Shown: positions 30,349 to 40,812 of the stretch, piece by piece
Numbering within the stretch: position 1 is the stretch's first letter
How the letters are laid out: every line of letters starts with the position of its first letter
Assembly: GCA_965217185.1 (NCBI GenBank)
Contig: OZ244252.1
Coordinates: forward strand, 512,001-576,000
Length of the DNA stretch: 64,000 bases
Direction of reading: 5' to 3'
Source of the DNA: an uncultured Candidatus Entotheonella sp.
GTDB taxonomy: Bacteria; Tectomicrobia; Entotheonellia; Entotheonellales; Entotheonellaceae
Program-made: the position numbers and the translations under genes
The notes under the pieces: model-generated
What the model was told of the DNA's origin: nothing
The model's input: the letters and a program-made list of their open reading frames with translations, nothing else
Database searches by the model: none

Positions 30349-31767
30349 TTACGCCAACTGATATTCCCGGGTCGAGGCGATGACCCGTAGCACGTTGCTG
30401 ACCCGCTGCTCCGCGGCGTCGCCCGGCTGATGCCCGCTGAGGTTCAGCGCGCCGCCGCCCGCCGCGGCGAAGTCCACCAGCGCCGTGCGTGTGTCGTCCT
30501 CAACCGCTACCGGCCCCAGCAAATCCAGGCACTGGCCGACAAGCTGCTCAGGTGTCAGCACACCGCCGTTCTCGGCGGCCAGACGGTCGATGATGGCCCG
30601 CACACCCGGTTTGTCCAGGTTGCTCAGCTCATGCGCTACGAAGTTGACCCGCTCGACCAGCGAACCGCTGTCGACCCACTCCATGCCTTCGTGCCAGCCT
30701 TCGACGGACGGCGGCTGCAACAGGCCCTGCCCCATGAAGAAACCCTGATAGGCCAGTTGGTGCACGCCCAGGGTCGGGGCACGGTAACTACCGGCCTGCC
30801 GGATAGCGCCCACCAGAAGCTCCACGGGCCCCTTCACCCGCGCATAACGCGCCTTTTCGGACGTGAAATAATCCGACAGGAACAGCGTCCGCAGCACCGC
30901 GCGGATTTCGTAGCCGGAGTCGAAGTACGATTGCATCATCGCCTCGATCACCTGCTCGCCATCGCCATCCACCTCATCGGCGGCGAAGAACTGGAACAAC
31001 CGGGTGCAGACGAAACGCGCCGTTGCCTGCTGACGGGCGATGATGCCGATGATGTCCTCACCGTTGAAATTGCCTGTCTCGCCCAGGAACGTCTTCTCAC
31101 CTTCGTCGTGGTCCCAGTCGCGGTACTGGAAGTGCCAGGCGATACGGCTGTACGGCCAGATCGAATCCTTGCTGGCGCGCATCGCCATATACTCGGCATT
31201 GCCCAGCGTCCAGCCGGTGAAGGCGCGGGAGCACTGCTTGATGTCATCTTCCGTGTAGTTGCCGATGCCCATGGAGAATAGTTCGAGCAATTCACGCCCG
31301 TAGTTCTCGTTAATGGCGCCATTGTGGTTATCGGTGTTGTCCAGCCACAACAGCATCGCCGGGTCCTTGGACAACTCCACCAGCAGGTTGTCGAAACGCC
31401 CCAGGCCGTGGTTCCGGAACATGTCGATCTGATTGAGCAGGGCTCTCGCCTGATTCAGCTTGCTGTAACCGGTGGCGAACAGCCCGTGCCAAAACAGGGC
31501 GATCTTTTCTTCCAGCGGGCACTTGGTCGTGATCATGCGGTACAGCCAATTGGCGCCCGCGCCGTCCAACTGCCGCAGTTCGGATTGATCCACATGGTAA
31601 CGCCGGATGATGTCATCAGGCATCACCTCTGGGTCGCCGGGATTGAGCAGTTCGTCCACCGTTGCCGTGTAGCCCTGCGCGGCGTAAGCCTCAAGCTCGT
31701 CCCGCGTGGCTCCAAAGCCGGCGCGACGCATCAGGTGGGCAAGAAGCGCAAAATCCTGATTACTCAT
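30349..31767 (-). CDS. DUF1800 family protein
   Basis: HLMRRAGFG, LEEKIALFWHGLFAT, DPAML and NENYGRELLELFSMG. Confidence 0.9.
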   Translation of the reverse strand: MSNQDFALLAHLMRRAGFGATRDELEAYAAQGYTATVDELLNPGDPEVMPDDIIRRYHVDQSELRQLDGAGANWLYRMITTKCPLEEKIALFWHGLFATGYSKLNQARALLNQIDMFRNHGLGRFDNLLVELSKDPAMLLWLDNTDNHNGAINENYGRELLELFSMGIGNYTEDDIKQCSRAFTGWTLGNAEYMAMRASKDSIWPYSRIAWHFQYRDWDHDEGEKTFLGETGNFNGEDIIGIIARQQATARFVCTRLFQFFAADEVDGDGEQVIEAMMQSYFDSGYEIRAVLRTLFLSDYFTSEKARYARVKGPVELLVGAIRQAGSYRAPTLGVHQLAYQGFFMGQGLLQPPSVEGWHEGMEWVDSGSLVERVNFVAHELSNLDKPGVRAIIDRLAAENGGVLTPEQLVGQCLDLLGPVAVEDDTRTALVDFAAAGGGALNLSGHQPGDAAEQRVSNVLRVIASTREYQLA

Positions 31768-31820
31768 GTTCCTGTCTCCTTATTTCGTGCATCGGCGGAT
31801 TGGCCGTCTTGGAGGGCTTC

Positions 31821-32960
31821 TTACGCAGCCGCCGGTTTGAGGAAATCGAACTGCTCGAAATGACCGTTGACGATCGGCGCGGATTCCAGCCCCATCCACT
31901 GCTCCAGCAGGGTGGCGTAGGTGCAGCGGAAATCGTTGTTGAAGTGCAGATCGCCTTCGAGCTGGTCTTTTTCTTCCAGGGAGGGGTACTCGCCGTACAT
32001 GCCGCCCTGAACCGAGTCGCCGATGACGAACGCCACGCCGCCGGAGCCGTGATCGCTGCCGGAACCGTTGTCCCTCACGCGCCGCCCGAACTCCGAGAAA
32101 ATGTAAATCACGGTGTCGTCAAGGCGATTGTGCAGCTTCAGGTCGTCCATGAAGCTTCCCACCGCACTGTCGACATGCTCCCACAACTGGGCGTGCGTCG
32201 GTAGCTCGCCGGAATGCGTGTCGAAGCTGGCGTGCGTGGTGTAATAAATGCGGGTGCCGATGTCGGCGAGGAGTACCTGGGCGATGGCCTTGAGGTTATG
32301 CGCCACGGGATTGTCGGGATAGTTGACCGTGGAGGCATACTGGGCCGGCGCCTGGCGAAGAATGTCGGCGCCCTTGAGCACGTCGGCGCCCGTCTGTCCA
32401 AGATAATCGAAGACAACGTCCCGGCCGGCCGCGCCGCCGTACATCTTGGTGAAGGTTGCCAGGGCGGATTGCTTGAGCGCTTCGTCCTGCAGATCCGGGA
32501 ACAGGCCGTAGGTGTCAAGGTTGCCGACCGACGCCACCGGGACACCCCGCAGGCCCAATGCCCGTGGCAGGCCGCGACCGAAGTTGATACCCGTCAGTAC
32601 GTTCTCAGACTTGGGATCAAGCTCGCGAATGACGCGACCCAGCCAGCCCTCGGTGCCAATTTTGGTGGGCTCGGCGGTGTGCCAGATGTCCAGGGAACGG
32701 AAGTGGGAACGATTGGGATTGGGATAGCCGATGCCGTTGATGATGGCGACTTTGCCTTCGTCCCACAAATTCTTGATGGCCCCTATGCTGGGGTGGAATC
32801 CGAAGTGATCGTTGATAGGCAGGACGGCGTCTGGTGCAATGTGAACGGTGGGTCGGAAATCGTAATAAAGACCGTTGCTGTAAGGTACCACGGTGTCGAG
32901 GCAGTCATTGCCGCCGCTAAGCTGTATCACCACCAGCTTCTTGTCACGTTGAGAAACCAT
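31821..32960 (-). CDS. DUF1501 family protein
   Basis: LVVIQLSGGND, PNRSHF, FDTH, SEFGRR and GSDHG. Confidence 0.9.
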   Translation of the reverse strand: MVSQRDKKLVVIQLSGGNDCLDTVVPYSNGLYYDFRPTVHIAPDAVLPINDHFGFHPSIGAIKNLWDEGKVAIINGIGYPNPNRSHFRSLDIWHTAEPTKIGTEGWLGRVIRELDPKSENVLTGINFGRGLPRALGLRGVPVASVGNLDTYGLFPDLQDEALKQSALATFTKMYGGAAGRDVVFDYLGQTGADVLKGADILRQAPAQYASTVNYPDNPVAHNLKAIAQVLLADIGTRIYYTTHASFDTHSGELPTHAQLWEHVDSAVGSFMDDLKLHNRLDDTVIYIFSEFGRRVRDNGSGSDHGSGGVAFVIGDSVQGGMYGEYPSLEEKDQLEGDLHFNNDFRCTYATLLEQWMGLESAPIVNGHFEQFDFLKPAAA

Positions 32961-33128
32961 CATCTTCTCCTTTCCGGATGGGTTGTTCGCAAATGGGTCG
33001 CCAGGATGACTGGGTGCCGAGAGTATAACCGAATAACGTGGTTCGTTCCTGAGGCGCTATTATGTCGATATAACATATATCCACCAACGAGTACAGGTCA
33101 TTTGCCAGCGGGTTTGCGGGGGCCGTTT

Positions 33129-33500
33129 TTATGACGCCCGCGCCGCCTGCAGACACCGTTCGTGCCAGAATCGAGACCACGCCTCGTATTGCTCCAGATC
33201 CGGCTGATACCTGTCGTGATACGCCATCGCAATGCCGCACTGCTGACCGGCGACGTCGAACACCGTCAATGCCACACGCGCCAACTGCCCGCGGTATTGC
33301 TCGCGTCGGTCCGTCTCGATGAACTTGGCGTCGGCTAACGAAAACAGCCCCGCCTCGTTCATGGGTGCCAGAACGCGCTCCCGCAAGTCTTCACTTGCCA
33401 TGTCCTGGCCGAATACGTAGAGACTCAGCCGACCGGGGTCGAAGGCAATCACCTTCGCATGGTCCAACAGCCAATCAAAGTCATGCTTGCCTAACGCCAT
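33129..33500 (-). CDS. Hypothetical protein (123 aa)
   Basis: ATG 33500 after GAAGGAG, 13 bp after the mtnA stop; fills the gap. Confidence 0.6.
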   Translation of the reverse strand: MALGKHDFDWLLDHAKVIAFDPGRLSLYVFGQDMASEDLRERVLAPMNEAGLFSLADAKFIETDRREQYRGQLARVALTVFDVAGQQCGIAMAYHDRYQPDLEQYEAWSRFWHERCLQAARAS

Positions 33501-33513
33501 ACCAGACTCTCCT

Positions 33514-34641
33514 TCATCGACTTTCAGGATGCTTGCAAGGTTCGGATTCATGGGTTAGCACCGGTGCGTCTCCCCCGTTGTCGCCCGAAGTCACCTGCGT
33601 CGGCTCGAACAGCGCCGCAATGGTTTCGGAGTTGGGCGGCATGGCGATGCCGGCTTCGGTGATGATGCCGCGGATGTAGGGGGCGGGCGTCACGTCGAAA
33701 GCGGGGTTAGCGACTTCGACATCGGGGCCGGCGATACGTTGGGTGCCGACGAGGCGGACTTCGTCGCCATGGCGTTGTTCGATGGGGATGGCGGCGCCGG
33801 TTTCGAGGGAGCGGTCGATAGTGGAGAGGGGCGCGGCGACGTAGAAGGGCAGGGCGTGCTCCTTGGCGAGAACGGCAAGGCCGTAGGTGCCGATTTTGTT
33901 GGCGGTGTCGCCATTGGCGGCGATGCGGTCGGCGCCGACGATGACCAGATCGATCTTGCCTTCGCGCATGAAGTACCCGGCCATATTGTCGGTGATGAGC
34001 GTGACCGGGATGTCGTCCCGCTGCAGTTCCCACGTGGTGAGGCGGGCGCCTTGCAAAAAGGGTCGGGTTTCGTCGGCAAAAACCTGGATGTGCCGGTCGG
34101 CGAAGTGCGCGGCGCGTATCACGCCCAGGGCGGTGCCGTAGCCGGCTGTGGCCAGGGCGCCGGCGTTGCAGTGGGTCAGAACCGTGCTCTGAGGCGGCAC
34201 CAGCGGCAGGCCGTGCTCGCCGATACGGCGATTGATATCGATGTCTTGCCGCCACAGGCGGTGGGCCTCCGACGTGAGCGCTTTCTGCAGTTGTCGCAAG
34301 GAACCGTCAAAATACGGCTCGGCGCAGGCGCGCATGCGTTCGATGGCCCAGAACAGGTTGACGGCGGTGGGACGGGTTTGCGCCATGAGTTGGCAAATGG
34401 ATTCAAACCGGGCTTTGACGTCGTCAGGCTCGCGCGACACCTGCTGCATGCCCAGCGCGATGCCTGCCGCCGCCGTTACTCCAATGGCCGGGGCGCCGCG
34501 CACTACCATCGTGCGGATGGCCTCCGCGACGTCCTCAGCCGTGCGGCACGTGACGTATTCTTCAGAGGTGGGCAGCTTGCGCTGATCGAGCAGCCGGACG
34601 GCGTCCTCAAGAATTTCGATCGTGCGAATGAGCGATTCCAT
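33514..34641 (-). CDS. mtnA: S-methyl-5-thioribose-1-phosphate isomerase
   Basis: [33 protein letters not shown] and ANKIGTY. Confidence 0.95.
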   Translation of the reverse strand: MESLIRTIEILEDAVRLLDQRKLPTSEEYVTCRTAEDVAEAIRTMVVRGAPAIGVTAAAGIALGMQQVSREPDDVKARFESICQLMAQTRPTAVNLFWAIERMRACAEPYFDGSLRQLQKALTSEAHRLWRQDIDINRRIGEHGLPLVPPQSTVLTHCNAGALATAGYGTALGVIRAAHFADRHIQVFADETRPFLQGARLTTWELQRDDIPVTLITDNMAGYFMREGKIDLVIVGADRIAANGDTANKIGTYGLAVLAKEHALPFYVAAPLSTIDRSLETGAAIPIEQRHGDEVRLVGTQRIAGPDVEVANPAFDVTPAPYIRGIITEAGIAMPPNSETIAALFEPTQVTSGDNGGDAPVLTHESEPCKHPESR

Positions 34642-34650
34642 AACAGACCT

Positions 34651-34971
34651 TTAGGTGGAGGAGTGGGGGATACCCAAGGCAGCGGCTACTTGCGGCAGGG
34701 TGACCCCATCAATACGGATGAGCTTGTGGCGGCTTTTTTGGCCGGACTGCAGTCGGACCTGTGAGCGGCGCACGCGCAGCGCCTTGGCCAGGAAGGCCAA
34801 GCAAGCGGCGTTGGCGGCCCCGTCAACCGGCGGCGCCGCAAGACGCAGCCGGAGGTCATGAGCGTGCACGCCATCAAGGCGTTCCATTCTGGCGCCGGGC
34901 TGCACGCGCACCCGCAGCAAAACACCTCTGGGAGTAGCGGTCAGTATCGGCGAGTGCGGAACCGCTGCCAT
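34651..34971 (-). CDS. yggU: DUF167/YggU family protein
   Basis: VRVQPGA, APPVDGAAN and GQKSRHK. Confidence 0.85.
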   Translation of the reverse strand: MAAVPHSPILTATPRGVLLRVRVQPGARMERLDGVHAHDLRLRLAAPPVDGAANAACLAFLAKALRVRRSQVRLQSGQKSRHKLIRIDGVTLPQVAAALGIPHSST

Positions 34972-34983
34972 GCCGCCGCGTCC

Positions 34984-35823
34984 TTATTTGAGACCCCGGC
35001 CGAGCTCTTGCGAGCGTTCGGTGGCGCGGCGCACGGCTGCCATCATCAGTCCTCGCAAGCCACCGTCTTCCATCGCCTGCATGCCGGCGATGGTGGTGCC
35101 GGCGGGGGAGGTCACCATGTCTTTGAGCTCACCCGGATGTTTTCCGGTTTCGAGGACCATCTTGGCGGCGCCCAAGACGGTTTGCGCGGCCAGCATGGTG
35201 GAAGTCGGGCGGTCCAGGCCCATCAGGACACCGCCGTCGGAAAGGCCCTCGATGAAAGCAAAAACGAACGCTGGACCGCTGCCGCTCAGGCCGGTGACGG
35301 TGTCCATCATGCCGTCGCTTACGACCGTGGCACGGCCGACGACGTTGAAGAGGCGCTCCACCAGGGCGATGTCCGCTGGAGTGGCCGCGGCGCCAGGTGA
35401 AATGCCGGCAGCGCCTGCCAAAACCAAGGCCGGCGTGTTCGGCATGACACGCACGACGCGGCTGTCGTCAGCCAGGGCGTTTTGCAGGGTGGACAGGGGG
35501 ACGCCGGCGGCGATCGAGACGATCAGCTTATCCCGGTTGACCTCCGGCGCGATGGATTCCAGCAACGCCGGCACGGTTTGCGGTTTCACGGCCAGGAAAA
35601 TGACTTGGCTGTCGCGCACCGCCTGCGGATTATCGTCGGAGGTGCAAATACCGTATGCCTCGCGCAGATAATCGCAGCGCTCCCGGATGATGTCAGTGGC
35701 GACGATGTGTCGGGGGTTCACAGCCAAGCCGGTGAGCAAGCCCTTGATGAGGGCCTCGGCCATATTCCCGCCGCCGAGAAAGGCAAAGCGCAGATTTTCG
35801 ATCATGGTTTCCCCCTGACTCAT
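34984..35823 (-). CDS. proC: Pyrroline-5-carboxylate reductase
   Basis: GGGNMA, RVMPNTP, SGSGPAF and VTSPAGTT. Confidence 0.95.
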   Translation of the reverse strand: MSQGETMIENLRFAFLGGGNMAEALIKGLLTGLAVNPRHIVATDIIRERCDYLREAYGICTSDDNPQAVRDSQVIFLAVKPQTVPALLESIAPEVNRDKLIVSIAAGVPLSTLQNALADDSRVVRVMPNTPALVLAGAAGISPGAAATPADIALVERLFNVVGRATVVSDGMMDTVTGLSGSGPAFVFAFIEGLSDGGVLMGLDRPTSTMLAAQTVLGAAKMVLETGKHPGELKDMVTSPAGTTIAGMQAMEDGGLRGLMMAAVRRATERSQELGRGLK

Positions 35824-36557
35824 CAGCGGCGCTCCGGGCGCGGGCCAAAAATGGCTGTCCCGACTCGCACGAGGGTCGCGCCCTCTTCGATGGCCACCTC
35901 ATAGTCTGCCGTCATGCCCATGGACAATTCGTCGAACGCCATGCCGTCGTAGCCCTCTTGGGCCAGGCGATCGCGCAATTGGCGCAACTGGCGGAAAAAG
36001 GGTCTGGCCTCGTGTGGCTGCGACGTGGGTGGCGGAATGGTCATCAAACCTCGCACCTGAATATGCGGCAAGGCGGCGAGTTGCCTGATGTCGTTCAGAA
36101 GGCCCGACGGGGTCCAGCCGCTCTTGCTCGTCTCGCCGCCAACGTTCACCTCCAGCAGCACCGATAGCTGGCGCCCCAGACGCTCGGCGCGGCGGTTGAT
36201 TTCCTCGGCGAGTTCGAGGCGATCAAGCGAATGCATCATGTCGAACAGATCGAAAACGTACCGCACTTTGTTACGTTGTAAAGGGCCGATCAGGTGCCAC
36301 TCGACACCGGCCCGCCCGATCTGACCCAACTTCTGCCGCGTTTCCTGGAGATAATTTTCCCCCAGGATGGTTACCCCTGCGGAAATGGCAGCGCGAATGC
36401 GAGCGGCATCCACCGTTTTGCTGGCGGCAACCAGGCGCACGGACATCGGGTCGCGGTCGGCCCGTTCGGCCGCCTGTCGCATGCGTGTGCGCACGCGTCT
36501 GACATTGTCGGCGATGGACAGAACTTTATCGGTATCGGATGCCTCGATCTGCGCCAT
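35823..36557 (-). CDS. yggS: PLP homeostasis protein
   Basis: LVAASK, GENYLQE, IGPLQRNK and LSMGMTADY. Confidence 0.92.
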   Translation of the reverse strand: MAQIEASDTDKVLSIADNVRRVRTRMRQAAERADRDPMSVRLVAASKTVDAARIRAAISAGVTILGENYLQETRQKLGQIGRAGVEWHLIGPLQRNKVRYVFDLFDMMHSLDRLELAEEINRRAERLGRQLSVLLEVNVGGETSKSGWTPSGLLNDIRQLAALPHIQVRGLMTIPPPTSQPHEARPFFRQLRQLRDRLAQEGYDGMAFDELSMGMTADYEVAIEEGATLVRVGTAIFGPRPERR

Positions 36558-36636
36558 AACGATTCCTAAGGTGACGATGGCAACAACGACGTGAACGCAA
36601 GGCGCTTGGTATAGCAAGGCACCCGGTAAAGCGCAA

Positions 36637-37500
36637 TCACTTTTCCCCGATCACCGTAGAGGGGGTCGGTTCGCCGTTACGCCGGATGCCGATAACGGCC
36701 ATGCCGCGTCCGGCCATTGGCCCCTTGGCACGGTGAGAATGGAAGTGTTGGTGGTGGCACTTCGTACACGGCGACACGGTCTCAATCTGGGCCGGCGGTA
36801 CTCCTTCGGCCAGGAGTTGGCCTTCATTGGCAGCCGTGAGGCTCATCGTCCAGGGCCGGGCCGCATCTCTACGCCGCTCGCTGGGTTTGATGAACCGTTG
36901 CCAATCGGGGAAACCTTCCTGGAAGGGACGTACTGCGCGGGCATCCAAGTCATAGCAGCACGCGCCTATGGCCGGGCCAAGCAAGGCGTGCAATTGAGCC
37001 GGGTCGACGCCAAATTGCCGTTTGATGACGCCGAGCGCAGCTCGAGTAACGAGGCGGAAAGTTCCCATACGGCCGGCATGCACGAGCGCAACAAGTGGGG
37101 TATGCAAGGCGTAAAGCACGATGGGGAGGCAGTCGGCGACGAGAACGCCCAGGGTTGTGTTGGGCAGCGTTGTTACCAGCGCATCGGCCTCGATACCGAC
37201 GAGGCCATTTTGCAACGCCGCAGAATCAACAACGCACACCCTGTTTCCGTGGACCTGACGCACCGTGTGGAGCGCTGACCCTTCCAGACCCAGTGCCTTC
37301 AACAGCGCTTCGCGATGTCGGCTTACAACGTAGCGTGGGCCCCGGTCGTAACTGAGATTGAAGCCGCCCGTCGCAGAGTCAGTCCGGCGCATGGTAAAGG
37401 CGCATCGGAGCCAAGCATGACCCTGTATGGCAGCCGGTATCAAGTACGCGACTTCGGGTGTGCGACACCACAGCAGGCGTCCTTCCGAAACGGCCTGCAT
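36637..37500 (-). CDS. pgeF: PgeF/YfiH family protein
   Basis: QVHG, ADCLPI, HAG and GPAIGACCY. Confidence 0.88.
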   Translation of the reverse strand: MQAVSEGRLLWCRTPEVAYLIPAAIQGHAWLRCAFTMRRTDSATGGFNLSYDRGPRYVVSRHREALLKALGLEGSALHTVRQVHGNRVCVVDSAALQNGLVGIEADALVTTLPNTTLGVLVADCLPIVLYALHTPLVALVHAGRMGTFRLVTRAALGVIKRQFGVDPAQLHALLGPAIGACCYDLDARAVRPFQEGFPDWQRFIKPSERRRDAARPWTMSLTAANEGQLLAEGVPPAQIETVSPCTKCHHQHFHSHRAKGPMAGRGMAVIGIRRNGEPTPSTVIGEK

Positions 37501-37528
37501 GTGCCTTTCTCCGTGTGCGGCTGATCTG

Positions 37529-38719
37529 TTAACGGACTTTGCGGCGCACAAAGGCGGGAATGTCCAAGCGCCGTCCGCCGGGTTCAGCGGCAGGCGGCGC
37601 GACCTCTTTGGGACCTTGCGACCGCTGGCGACGTTCCTGCCCCCCGTCGAGACTGTTCATGTCCTGATTGCCGCGTCCCGTCGGCGGCCGTAGCGCCCGT
37701 GCATCCGCGTCCCGATGATGAAAGCCGGTGGCAATAACCGTCACGCGCAATTCGTCTTCGAGCTTCTCGTCGGTCACGGCGCCGAAAATGATATGCGCCT
37801 CTTCGTGGACCGCCTCGCGGATAATCGACGCCGCGTCGTGAACTTCGTGGAGGGCAATGTCGTAGCCGCCGGTGACGTTCAACAAAATGCCGCGTGCGCC
37901 GTCAATCGAAGAATCCTCGAGCAGCGGGCTGGAGACAGCCAGATGCGCCGCCTCAATGGCACGCTTGTCGCCATATCCGACACCGGTTCCCATAACGGCC
38001 AGACCCATGCCGCTCATGATGGTCTGAACGTCGGCGAAATCCAGGTTGATCAGGCCGGGCGCGACGATCAGGTTTGCAATGCCCTCCACCGCCTGCCGCA
38101 GCACGTTGTCCGCCACCTTGAAAGCGTCGCGCAGCGAGGTGCCGCGTCCCACGACCTGCAACAATCGCTGGTTGGGAATGGTGATCAGTGTGTCTGCCGT
38201 ATTGCGCAGTGCGCGCACGCCCTCTTCGGCCTGCGTTTTGCGTGTCTTGCCCTCGAAATCAAACGGTTTGGTGATGACCGCGACGGTCAAGCAACCCAGT
38301 TCCTTGGCAACTTTTGCGATGATCGGGGCTGCGCCCGTGCCGGTGCCGCCACCCATGCCGGCGGTGATAAACACCATGTCGGTACCGGCCAGATGGTCGC
38401 TGATTTCCTGATGGCTTTCCTCTGCGGAACGGCGTCCGATTTCGGGATTTGCGCCAGCACCCAGGCCCTTGGTCAGTTCCGACCCGATCTGCAGCTTGGT
38501 CGGTGCCAAGGTGGCCTCGAGCGCCTGCAGATCGGTATTCGCGGCAATGAATTCAACGCCCGCGCCGCGTTCCTCGATCATGTTGTCTATGGCGTTGCCG
38601 CCTGCACCGCCCACGCCGACAACCTTAATCGTCGTTACGCCGTTATCTGCACGGCCGGCAAGGTGAATACGGTTATTTTCTTCCCCAGACAAATCGGCCA
38701 ACGACAGACGATTTTCCAT
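37529..38719 (-). CDS. ftsZ: Cell division protein FtsZ
   Basis: GMGGGTGTG signature; C-terminal LDIPAF. Confidence 0.97.
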   Translation of the reverse strand: MENRLSLADLSGEENNRIHLAGRADNGVTTIKVVGVGGAGGNAIDNMIEERGAGVEFIAANTDLQALEATLAPTKLQIGSELTKGLGAGANPEIGRRSAEESHQEISDHLAGTDMVFITAGMGGGTGTGAAPIIAKVAKELGCLTVAVITKPFDFEGKTRKTQAEEGVRALRNTADTLITIPNQRLLQVVGRGTSLRDAFKVADNVLRQAVEGIANLIVAPGLINLDFADVQTIMSGMGLAVMGTGVGYGDKRAIEAAHLAVSSPLLEDSSIDGARGILLNVTGGYDIALHEVHDAASIIREAVHEEAHIIFGAVTDEKLEDELRVTVIATGFHHRDADARALRPPTGRGNQDMNSLDGGQERRQRSQGPKEVAPPAAEPGGRRLDIPAFVRRKVR

Positions 38720-38736
38720 CTCTCCGCCCCCTCTGT

Positions 38737-39975
38737 TTATGAAACGAAGTCAGTGAACCAATCGCGCATGCGATGGTAGAATCTGCTGAACAAACCCTGC
38801 CCCGCGAACTGATGTAAGCGACCCTGCTGCTGTTTGGCCGCAAATAACAACAAGCCTGCGCCAGTGGCATGCACGGGGTTCTGTACAATTTCCCACAGCC
38901 CTTCGATGCCGCTGGGAATGCCCCGCCGAACAGGCACCTGAAACACCTCCTCGGCCAATTCCACGATACCCTCCAGCGACGCCGTCCCGCCCGTTAGAAC
39001 GACGTACGAGATCATGTCGCTGGCGTAGCCGCTGTCGTTGAGCTCGCTCAGAACCATCTGCAAAATCTCCTCAGCCCGTGGTTCGATGATCTCGCAGATG
39101 TCGAGCCGCCGCATGCGCTCGGTCTCGTGATTGCCGCTGAAGCTGACCTCCACCACGTCGCGGTCATTGACGAGCGGGATGTATGCGCAGCCGTGGGCTT
39201 TCTTGATCTGTTCGGCATCCGGCACGGAGGTGTTCAGCCCGATAGCCAGATCTTTGGTAATGTGCGCGCCGCCGATGCCCAGAACCTCTGTGAATTGCAA
39301 GCTGCCGTCTGAAAGCAGCGCGATGTTTGTGCTACCACCGCCGATGTCGATGAGCAGCACCTCCGCGTCGCGCTCATCAGCATTCAAGGTCGCCTCACTG
39401 ACGGCTAGCTGATCCAGCACAATGTCCTCGACTTCGAATCCCGCCTTGTTGACACATTTGATGACGTTGTTGGCCACAGCCATGGTGACGGTGACGATAT
39501 GGACTTTCGCCTCCAGGCGGGTAGCGGACATTCCGAGAGGCGGTTCCAGAATGCCGCCTTGGTCGTCCACGACAAACTCTTGCGGCAAGACGTGAATGAT
39601 CTCGCGATCCTCCGGCAGTGCTACAATCCGCGCCGCTTCGATGACCCGCTCGATCTCACGCCCGGTAATTTCCTGGTTCTTCACAGCGATGATACCGGTG
39701 CTGTTGATGCCGTTGATGTGCGGGCCGGCGAGACTCACGTAGGCGGCGTCAACCTCGACATCAGCCATGATCTGGGCTTCTTCGACGGCTTTGCCGATGG
39801 CCTCCACGGTCCTGTCCATATTGGCCACGACACCCTTCTGGAGCCCGCTGCAAAGATGGGAGCCGATGCCGATTACGTCGATCATTCCATCGTCTTGGAT
39901 TTCTCCGATGATGGCCGAAATTTTGGTGGTCCCCATATCCAGACCAACTATAATGTTGCGTGCCTTGCGGCCCAT
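38737..39975 (-). CDS. ftsA: Cell division protein FtsA
   Basis: [17 protein letters not shown] and VVLTGG; amphipathic C-terminus. Confidence 0.95.
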   Translation of the reverse strand: MGRKARNIIVGLDMGTTKISAIIGEIQDDGMIDVIGIGSHLCSGLQKGVVANMDRTVEAIGKAVEEAQIMADVEVDAAYVSLAGPHINGINSTGIIAVKNQEITGREIERVIEAARIVALPEDREIIHVLPQEFVVDDQGGILEPPLGMSATRLEAKVHIVTVTMAVANNVIKCVNKAGFEVEDIVLDQLAVSEATLNADERDAEVLLIDIGGGSTNIALLSDGSLQFTEVLGIGGAHITKDLAIGLNTSVPDAEQIKKAHGCAYIPLVNDRDVVEVSFSGNHETERMRRLDICEIIEPRAEEILQMVLSELNDSGYASDMISYVVLTGGTASLEGIVELAEEVFQVPVRRGIPSGIEGLWEIVQNPVHATGAGLLLFAAKQQQGRLHQFAGQGLFSRFYHRMRDWFTDFVS

Positions 39976-39993
39976 AGTGCTCCTCCCGACGCA

Positions 39994-40809
39994 TCAGCCT
40001 TTGGGTATGACGATAATCCTGTTTCGATATGAAAGATCAATAGCCTGTACTTCGATCCCTTGATGGGCAATGTAGGTCAAGACGTGCGGTAGACGTCCCA
40101 GTTGGGAGACGATCTGCCCCTCACCAAAACGCAGTTGGAACGTGTACGGTTCTATCTTCCATACCGAGGCGCCCGAGGCCGAGACGGAGAGTTCCCGGAG
40201 GCGCATGGTGGCATTCAGTGGGGACTCCCGGTAGGTGTGCAGCAATTCAAGGGCACGTTCAATCTCCTCCATGTCCAGGTGCATACCGGGCGACAAGACG
40301 GATTCTTGATTCAAAATCAACTCCGGCAGGGCGCCATCCTCTTCGGGGTCGAAGTCGCGTAGGACATGCCCCTCGGTATCTACGATCAGGCTCTGCCCAC
40401 GTGAGCGTATGACAAGGGCAGGGGACTGCTCCTGGATGGTAACCTCCAGCGTGTCGGGTAGGAGGCGGCGCAAGGCTACCGTTTGGATGAATGGATGGCC
40501 GGACAAGCGCGTCCCGAGCCGTGGCAAATCGATCGCCAGAAGCGAATGATCGGTCGGAATGGCGAGAAGATAGCGGATGCGTTGCTCCGACAGCGTTTTG
40601 TTGCCGGTGATGTGAATGGTCCGCAGCTTGAAATAATCAGCCTGTACGACACGTTCCCACACGCCGTATGCGCCCCACGCCAAGGCTGCGCACAGCGTCA
40701 ATCCCACCAAGCATTTGCCTAGGAAGAACGTTCTGCGTAGATAGCGCCTGGCACGCAGTTGTCGGCGTTGTGCCTGGTGCAGCGCATTGCTGATGGCGGC
40801 TAGTGGCAT
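39994..40809 (-). CDS. ftsQ: Cell division protein FtsQ
   Basis: Single TM, POTRA-like ITGN...LPDTL, C-terminal IDLSY; position before ftsA. Confidence 0.88.
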   Translation of the reverse strand: MPLAAISNALHQAQRRQLRARRYLRRTFFLGKCLVGLTLCAALAWGAYGVWERVVQADYFKLRTIHITGNKTLSEQRIRYLLAIPTDHSLLAIDLPRLGTRLSGHPFIQTVALRRLLPDTLEVTIQEQSPALVIRSRGQSLIVDTEGHVLRDFDPEEDGALPELILNQESVLSPGMHLDMEEIERALELLHTYRESPLNATMRLRELSVSASGASVWKIEPYTFQLRFGEGQIVSQLGRLPHVLTYIAHQGIEVQAIDLSYRNRIIVIPKG

Positions 40810-40812
40810 GTC

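Noticed and set aside
33739..38779. Long plus-strand ORFs (341 aa at 33739-34764, 354 aa at 37715-38779)
   Set aside because: Shadows of mtnA and ftsZ.
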